DNA from: Balanoglossus misakiensis
Taxonomy: Eukaryota; Animalia; Hemichordata
Reading direction: 5' to 3'
Assembly (NCBI GenBank): GCA_040954595.2
Contig: CM082590.2
Span: 8,929,764-8,993,763, forward strand
DNA: 64,000 nt
The translations under genes were made by a program, and so were the position numbers. Each line of letters opens with the position of its first letter. Positions within the stretch are counted from its first letter, which is position 1. Below are positions 57,201-64,000 of this stretch, piece after piece. The notes beneath the pieces were generated by a model. It worked only from the letters and a program-made list of their open reading frames with translations. It was not told where the DNA came from and ran no database searches.

Positions 57201-57744
57201 TTATACGTGGCACCGACGACACTGCGGTGTACGAGACAGGAGTATTCAACGGTTGCCCCGGAAACACCGTGCTGGTGTTCAGCGGCGACGGCTGCACCTG
57301 CTGCTGCAGCACGCTGGTGGAGTTGGCGGCCCGGATGAACATCGGCTGCGCTCCGATCTGCGTCAGTAACAGCGGCGCGCCCGTTCCCGCCTTGTTGCTG
57401 ACGATCTGCTTGGCGAGATTCTGCACGATCCCGGAAGCGTTCTGGATCGTTTGCACATTGCCCTGAACCACCTTCGGCTGCTGCACCTTGCTTTGCGACA
57501 CCCTCAGTTCCTCCTGCCGCAGTTTCTCTTCTTCGAGCTTACGTAACCTCGCCAACTCTTCTCTACGCGCTTTCTCCTTCTGGTAATTTTTCACGATCAG
57601 CGCGTGATTTTTCACCGCCTGTACCTGTTGTTGGTACAGAAGCTTCTGAGCGGCTGAAAGCTCTTCATCCTCACACTCCATGTCTAATTCCATATTGGTC
57701 TTCGTCCGACGGACATGTTGATGCAGAGTTGCAGTTGCTGCCAT
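54205..57744 (-). CDS. POGZ/ZNF280-family C2H2 zinc-finger protein, single coding exon, no transposase domain
   Basis: 1179-aa ORF. N-terminal LDMECEDEELS matches the family LFMECEEEELE motif. FKCYHCTKLISNNIKYMLHIKNH...CDHCGRRFNTPFELQCHIEKSH and ...HPPLQMPYSCPICGFRSS are signature fingers; CSHCTYRTYCGLSFSNHM is HPZ-like; the tail is acidic. Confidence 0.9.
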   Translation of the reverse strand: MAATATLHQHVRRTKTNMELDMECEDEELSAAQKLLYQQQVQAVKNHALIVKNYQKEKARREELARLRKLEEEKLRQEELRVSQSKVQQPKVVQGNVQTIQNASGIVQNLAKQIVSNKAGTGAPLLLTQIGAQPMFIRAANSTSVLQQQVQPSPLNTSTVFPGQPLNTPVSYTAVSSVPRIIQRAPTKTITIQSAGLQTYPTQASYGVSGMPASSYQAPQQSPSAQTDAGSKSSVKTTVIRVPTGINIQEHLGNNYKLLTSTGNVYHYVYSPATTTTAGGLITQPRLQTVQQVSQPPQPVYKALQTAPPAITAPQPQQPRTLPSSITDILLGKRTSLEQTKPQLSSKSGIFNKRSMTPVDSSQGKKQKLENIETEPVKVKEPRYSVDQFYGTQAGSRDYPDDKYKHGFKCYHCTKLISNNIKYMLHIKNHLDKEKQENLTLNDIINCDHCGRRFNTPFELQCHIEKSHIRNSELKCQICDITLENKAMLRSHLHGKHPPLQMPYSCPICGFRSSVLEDTVDHFKAKHEGIKKILCTSCLRASGDANAYLRHCQKHQTKSGNIRCKKCRLMFISAHDLRTHTNNDHERYPVRPAAKKSSKHAAEATATPLIKVTESAQPMKSDSYTQYKKKKKEVKGDARRGTLESYSLNDWKASFDKSRKHETHRCSECGTEISSLASHFTTFLKCSHCTYRTYCGLSFSNHMIKFHRSNSPAPSLHPVTRLSDSVLQCMRCNYMTESGSAMAGHVMTCVNGPSEVEGFKHHTRPRRQDDQSVSSSNSNSPVPSKPRDTFEKVMYEPDPLLDGVSTDNIHASVSNIIDRLFGADEDSNEIPDAGTVMPLSIPMIGTADTEDSLPDLPSEVSNSSVDTSQGKVTESTSSQDEGAVLENASTKVPVVQDEKRGSDDEGNSVEDDRSPDKPIEGAVAEDDSMEDKSMENDRSTEGASTQDGKATERAEADSLSEEAGDDKATEGATTQDEDKSTEGPQTLEEEDDKMDGNIANIEQEEAMQVEEDASQDGKESVSEESKTDQKDNDDYPENSDESFVTAAESSPDNSEANARDEEKMRDVDEAGGVPESRDEGSSGFEDAGQSVVAADDAEESSGGVAKDGDKSSDVPDDLEGSAISPEDPEASASVPGSEEGAGSAMEDEEDGFVIPDGTMFDIEDDGDSRESMEKAEGDE

Positions 57745-60512
57745 GTTGATGTCACAGAATCTTTACCCACGAGAATTATGATTCTCTTGATGGATGCAAA
57801 ATCTAGAAATGAACATAAAAAAAACTTTAAAATAACCCAGCATATTCCAGGGTTCTCCCAAAGAATGTCAAGTCCAACAGTGAAATTGAGTCCGATTTAT
57901 CAATTGAAGACCCAAGGGCAATGTAGGTCATACAACCACACACTAAGTATGACTCGGGGAATGAGAAACAGGCCTTTAAAATTTCCTTAAAATCGTTGGA
58001 GCTATCTTTGTAATTGTTGTTTCACTCAATATCATGGCGGCAAAATGTTAATTAGACACTGCACTTTGTTGTGGCCTTTGTCTGCTCTGACTGAAAACAG
58101 ACTACACCAAACAGAAATTGCCATGACATATTGTACTATTTTTTAAATTAAAGATTAAAGGATTGTGGATTTGACACCAATATCTTGACTGGAGTCCGAT
58201 AAACAGCTCAAAATTGGAGCAGTCACGATGCTTGGTTAGCATACCGCCTAGATACTGGCCCTGGAAGCTGTATACCATATATCACTCTAACAGAGGGGGT
58301 AACTAGAAGAATGGAACAGCCCACTGAAGTATTCTTATCTACAGCTTGGAAAACCAATGACTGACTGACTAATTAAACAATAATTCAGTGAACTATTGTT
58401 TTTTCAGAGATAAAAATATGAAAAGTATTATTACAACTCAAATGTAGGTATGTGCACTGGATTTCATTTTGTTAAAGACATGCTAGCATTGCTTGAAGAG
58501 CAGATGACCCCCTAAGTGCCCGGTAAATGAACAGATTTCATAGATCTCTCATTAGATAGGGATTATCTTCCTAAGAAATAACAGGACAATCTTCAACATC
58601 AATTTTCCCATTTGCTATCATAAATCGATGCGGAAAACTAAAAAAAGATTGTTAAAGAATGTGAATCTAGGGGGTGAAGCCTCATTTTTGTAACAAAGGG
58701 TGAAGACAATTGTTTAAAGAGCCACCCCGCACACTGCTACAAAAGCATTTCAAGGTCACTCACACACTGTAACGTAAACTGGCATTCGCATAATTCCCAA
58801 CACTTCTCCAAGAAAAACCCACCCAAGGTGATCTGAACGAACAAAACCATTTCATATTTCAAGTTTATCATTTTATCTCGTAACTCCCAAGGACAAAAAT
58901 CACTAAAACACACTGCAATACTTCAATGTCACATTGGGCCCTCAATACTATCAGTAGCTACCCGAAAAGTATTGTCAATTCAAGAGCTTCTGTATCAAGA
59001 AATAAACAACAGAAATACAGTACGCTACATTCTGTATAAGTTGCGTATAAAACCTGTATTTACACATATTTCTTTACATTTTACAAACCCTCGTAAATTT
59101 TTTGTACAAAGACAGGATTGTGAGAATTCAACTGAGATATCTGTCGGATATTGTAATACTTGTAATTGATGGAAAAATACCAGTAGCTTTGTGAAAGATG
59201 TATCAGAAATACAGCTCTGAGAGCTATGAAAAAAGGTACATATATTTGCATAATTTATTCACACTCGCTCAGTGCATGATTTTTCTATTTATGCAAAAAG
59301 GCAGCCGATATTTTAAAGTGACGTTTAGAGACAATTTTGACATAAATCGTTCAAAAAACATCGTAAAATTGCTTGAAATACTGATAATTCATGCCTTGTT
59401 TATGAAATTTTAAGCTTACATCATCTCCTGACCTGTGGCGTAATTATCACAGGCATTATGACCCAATTTACGAAAGAGTTTCTGCGTAGGTGCAAACAGT
59501 TTCCATGACAGCCATATTAGAAAGAAGAAAGAAGCTAAGGCTAGGAAAGAGTTCGTCCATAGAGATGACCTAGTAACCAAATACGAGCTGAGGCCATTTT
59601 GAAATTGATTTACGTTGGTTTGTTGGCAGGTTGCCAAGGTTCAATACTAGTATATGAAGTCATTTTAAATGTTCATACATTAAAATAAACGTTGGTTTAA
59701 AATTTGGGTTACCTGTGTTTTAAGTACATGTACAATCAAATACACGATAGTATTTGAAGGTTTAATTAACTAGTCCCAATCGCTTTTATTAGCAGGTGTA
59801 GTTTACCTAAGATCAAGACAAAACCAAACATGTTTGAAATCAACAATTTTGAGAAATGTCATTTCGAAAAGACATAAATAACTCCTGTATCTATAAATCC
59901 CAGGTGACTTTGGTGAAATAGACGTTTTTAAAATTTCAGAACAACTTCGGTTTGATTGAAAAGTGCAATCTTTAAAAATTAAAAAGTAAACATTTCTCAA
60001 AGCGTATGAGTAATACTGGTATTTCATTGCAAAGAACAACTTATGGTTCTTATCTTTCAATTAATGCACACAAATGAAATTCTATCGCTTGCGAATGGTT
60101 AATTCGATGCATATGCAAATTATGCCATTTGTCCCCGTCACCGCTCCCACTAAGTTACTTTCAACAGTATATGTTATTCATGTTCCGGGGCCCCCGCAAG
60201 TTCTTCCTACCCGCGAAAAACGAAACAAAACATCTACAAAACAGCAATACATACTTCTGAGGACATAAGTTTGATGAGTTTTAGATATCTGCAGTATAGA
60301 AAAGGTGAAATTGTACTTCTATTTGCCGAATAAGAGCGCAAAAGTCCGGGAAACTACGTTCCGCCAAAACAAAGATGGCCGTGTGCCAGTCACCGACCTC
60401 GGGAGAATAGTCCCGTTTCCAACGACGCATAAGCGAGAAAAACGGTTTCTTTGCAACGAAAATAGCGGGGAACGGGCAGAGAATGCATACATTAACCAAA
60501 ATATCCACTTAC

Positions 60513-60700
60513 CCGTCAGCTAGCTGTAACCCGAACGTCGATATCGCACTAATCGCAGTCGGCACACTGCAACACTGTAGTACGCATAAGTAGGGCGCTA
60601 CCCTATTCCCAATGTGTGAATTGAACGCACTACTGAAGTGCATGATGGGTGACAGGGTCAACTCCAACGCTGGGTAACTCGTCAATTTTCGAGCTAAAGT
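60513..60700 (-). promoter_or_regulatory. Probable non-coding first exon/TSS of the POGZ-like gene
   Basis: Donor CGG|GTAAGT near 60512 in a CpG-richer stretch; matching acceptor TTTCTAG near 57803 upstream of the ATG. Confidence 0.5.
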
Positions 60701-63119
60701 CATTTTATTTTGCTGAAATGCATCTTGTTTTTAATTATTTATGCATAATAAAGAAGTAAACTCGTATTTAACAATAGTATTATGACTATACATGTCTAAA
60801 CCTAGTAATGGAAGCAGCTCATCCTAACTGATACGAAAACGCCATTTATTCCATCCTCGAACGAGGTTGAAATAAAACATTGGACCCAAAGAAAAAATGG
60901 TCGGAAACACAACATGCATTTAAACGGTTTGCCTGGGTTTGTTTTGGAAGCCAGAATCTGGGACAGACAAGGCAAAACATGAAATATAACTCCCCCTCCA
61001 TTATTTCTAGAATCTCCCTTGACCACCTGTGGTCCAGTACATGACAAAACGCATAATTATTCTACCCACCTCTCTCAATTACTGGAAGCTCCCTTACATC
61101 AGAACGACACTAATTAAATAACTAAGGACATTAAACACAGATATTTGCCAGTAACCTGCTCACATCACAGGGCTTTTCTTAATTCAAAAATCAATGCAAT
61201 TTCGTAAACTTCTTTTGTTTTTATTTTGGCTGGGTTAAGTGCGCCCTCAGGCGGTGAATATATATCTCTAACGTCATTATCGTACGCAGTAACAACAAAA
61301 CAGGATTGATTCTTACTGAATATTTTATTCATTTTATACTGCTATATCATTTCTTTAACATCTCACAAAGAAAATGCCAACACAAACTGGTGAAATTCAC
61401 CCTCTTTCAAGCCGATATACTAGTACCATTGATGGCTGCAATAACCCCAGCACAAAACTCTCTGCAAAAGCAAACACTAGAAATACAGAAAAATAAACAC
61501 CCCCAAACTAAAAAACAAACAAAACACCCCAATGATGCTTAACCCTTTCACACCCATGGTTTGTATAATGGATTCAACCACACTCTGAAAATAGTGGGAA
61601 CGAACCACTATTGGGGTGTAAAAGGTGATACTACACACTTGTTTTGGAAGCCCACAAGAAAGAAAGAAATAAAATATCACAGAGCAACTTCTGAATCAAA
61701 GATGCAAATTTCTAAAAAAACACAACTTTTTGAACTTCTAAATTTTGCAGCCACATTCAGTCATGTATTCTTTTAAATTTATTTAAAATGAATTGTAAAT
61801 TTTATGCATGTTCCTCCCAAATAAACTACAAATTGGTAAAAATATATTTCTATACATGGTGAAAATATTTCAACAGAGTGCAAGGGATTGTAACTCCCCT
61901 CTTTTGCTCATTGATTGGCAAGTTGAGCTGTTTCCTTTCATTTGTAAGCTATGAGTTGATTCGCTGAGACCAAACTATTAAAACTTTCATTTTTATAAGC
62001 CACCAGGTGATTGGCTGAGACCACAACAAAATTGTTATCCATCAGCTGAGTCGCCATGACAGCAGAAGCAAGATGTAACTTGCATATACACTGTATAATA
62101 AATGCTAAATTATTTAAAAGTCTATGTAAATTAAAACATCCAGTTATTTGCAATCCTTTCGAATCCTAGTTATGAGGTATTTTGGTCAGAGCTTTATATT
62201 ACTCTTCTAGGTATTAGGGGAACCTTAAAATATACTGACATAGGGGTCTTTATCTCCTTAGCCCACTTAAAAATAACTTTGACACAATGAAATCAAGGTG
62301 TATAACAATAGGCATTTTATGTGCAAGTCTAAGGGTACTTTTTAGCCTGCTTAACTCATTTGACAATAATAAACCAATCAAGGTGAATAAAAATTATTTT
62401 TGGAAGATTTGCTGTCAATCACACCACAAATACACAGTTCATCTTGTGCCTGTTCAACATCAAAGTTGAACAGAAAGTTGAACGGTCAAAGTACACATCA
62501 GTAAAATTGAAAGTACCAGCAATAATGTGCTACACAAAAGCAAGCAAACCCCTCAAGACTCCAATTGATATAAAACCATAAAACGAAAACCAAGAAGATG
62601 CAAAAAATACTAGCTACGGTGACACAAAAGCCACTTTTGTTTAACTCCACAAACATTTTTACATTGAAAGTCATCTTATCTAAGTTCATTGAAACCTTGT
62701 CAGGATAAGGAAAGCTTAATTTATTGGAAATCTTACAAACCAAACACACACACACACACACACACACATAATTGCCATGTTGAACACGTAGCATTTTTTT
62801 TTATACCAGATTTGCTTATACTCCCCTATTTCATTCATATTTTGGAACGACCCTGCTACTATTTTATAGTATATGAAGAAGAATCCAATTGGAACAGGGG
62901 TGGGAGCAACATATTCTGGAATTGAATATTTTCACAATAACTGTCACTACTTTACGTACTTCCAAAAGTTACAGACATTGCTTTAAAAGTTTCTATAAAT
63001 TCACCAAGTATTTTTCTGCAACTTTGATACTGATATATTAAAAATTATGATTGGCAAAAGGCTGATCAAAAATAAACATCATTCTCAAGAATGTGGAAAA
63101 ACTTCAAAATCTGCAATCT

Positions 63120-63397
63120 TCATAATCTCGTGATTGCTTCAAGTTCATCAATATCCATATCATCAAACCAATCGCTGTCTGCAATCATCCATGGTTCGCT
63201 TTCTCCGCCCCTCTTACTTTTTCTCATTTTTTGTCTCTTTTTTCTTTTTCTCAGAATCTTTCTCAACTCCATCAGCTCCTGCTGGTCTTGCTGCGCCATC
63301 ATTTCGTGGAGGTCTCTTTCCTCCTGCAGCAGATGTTGACAGTCGCCTTGCTTTCTCCCGGGCATTTTGAAGCTTCCCCACGACTTGCTTCTCAATT
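63120..63397 (-). CDS. Terminal coding exon of an unidentified gene extending beyond the window; reading frame ambiguous
   Basis: Strong acceptor TTTATTTCTTCTCCAG at 63398. Two frames are open: IEKQVVGKLQNAREKARRLSTS...KNEKK* (stop 63214) and LRSKSWGSFKMPG...DELEAITRL* (stop 63120). Confidence 0.55.
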
Positions 63398-64000
63398 CTG
63401 GAGAAGAAATAAAACAAGCAATAACCACCAGTGAGGTTTTTGTATAAATTCAAATCCGTGTCATCCCAATTAAAGCATAAGATCACTATTCTTTAACTCT
63501 GGTAAAACAATTGAATTTCATTAATATAATAACTACAGTCAAACCATGTTAGTGACCACCTCTATATAGTGGCCACTTTGCTACAGTCCCTGTGCAATTC
63601 ACATCTGCATTAATTGTCCTGTCTATAAACTGTGTACAAGCTGTTATGAGAACACCTGTTAGAGAGATTGTGAAAGTTTGTTTCTACCAATGCTGTGGTT
63701 AGTACCTGTTCAATGCTATCATGAAGAAATAAATCAACAGTTATGTAGAGAAAAACAAGTCGTGGGGGTGGGGGGGGGGGGAATTAAAAGTAAGTAAGAA
63801 ATAGGGTTAGGGGTTTGGAAGGAATATGAACTCCCTTACAAAAGATTCTCCAGACATCAGTAGAATTCTTCAGCCTACAGAACTTTATGTTTAAAGAATA
63901 GAGTTCTTTTCAGTTTCTATGGAAATGTCACAATCTATAGAATTCTATTGACCTAGATTTTGACATTTATTTAGATATCAATAGAATTGAACTGAAAACT

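Noticed and set aside
55990-57466. Long plus-strand ORFs antisense to the zinc-finger gene
   Set aside because: Expected shadow ORFs of a GC-rich coding strand; no recognisable motifs.

Overview
AT-rich eukaryotic (animal) genomic DNA with spliceosomal introns. The gene set and the TRIM-NHL gene suggest an invertebrate deuterostome such as an acorn worm, but the taxon is an inference. Left to right: (1) the last two coding exons and long 3' UTR of a coronin-2-like gene (+). (2) A ~17 kb block without recognisable protein genes (~3790-20950). It is built from at least seven different tandem arrays (80, 88, ~690/1375, ~490 with tRNA-like heads, 70, ~530 and YY1/DR4 units), a foldback element and a possible spliced minus-strand non-coding transcript. 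(3) A large multi-exon NEK8/NEK9-like kinase gene (-). Splicing its exons by hand gives DUF4347(ECT2L-like)-kinase-RCC1-coiled coil-CaaX. (4) A TRIM2/3-like RING-B-box-filamin-NHL gene with an intron-free CDS, nested antisense in one NEK intron. (5) ZFAND5/6 (-). (6) A POGZ/ZNF280-like zinc-finger gene with a single coding exon and no pogo transposase (-). (7) The terminal exon of an unidentified gene (-). About 19 copies of an ~85-bp TTAA-flanked MITE, several other MITEs and microsatellites are dispersed through the window. No CRISPR, rRNA or prokaryotic features were seen. All exon boundaries and homologies were read by eye, without searches.
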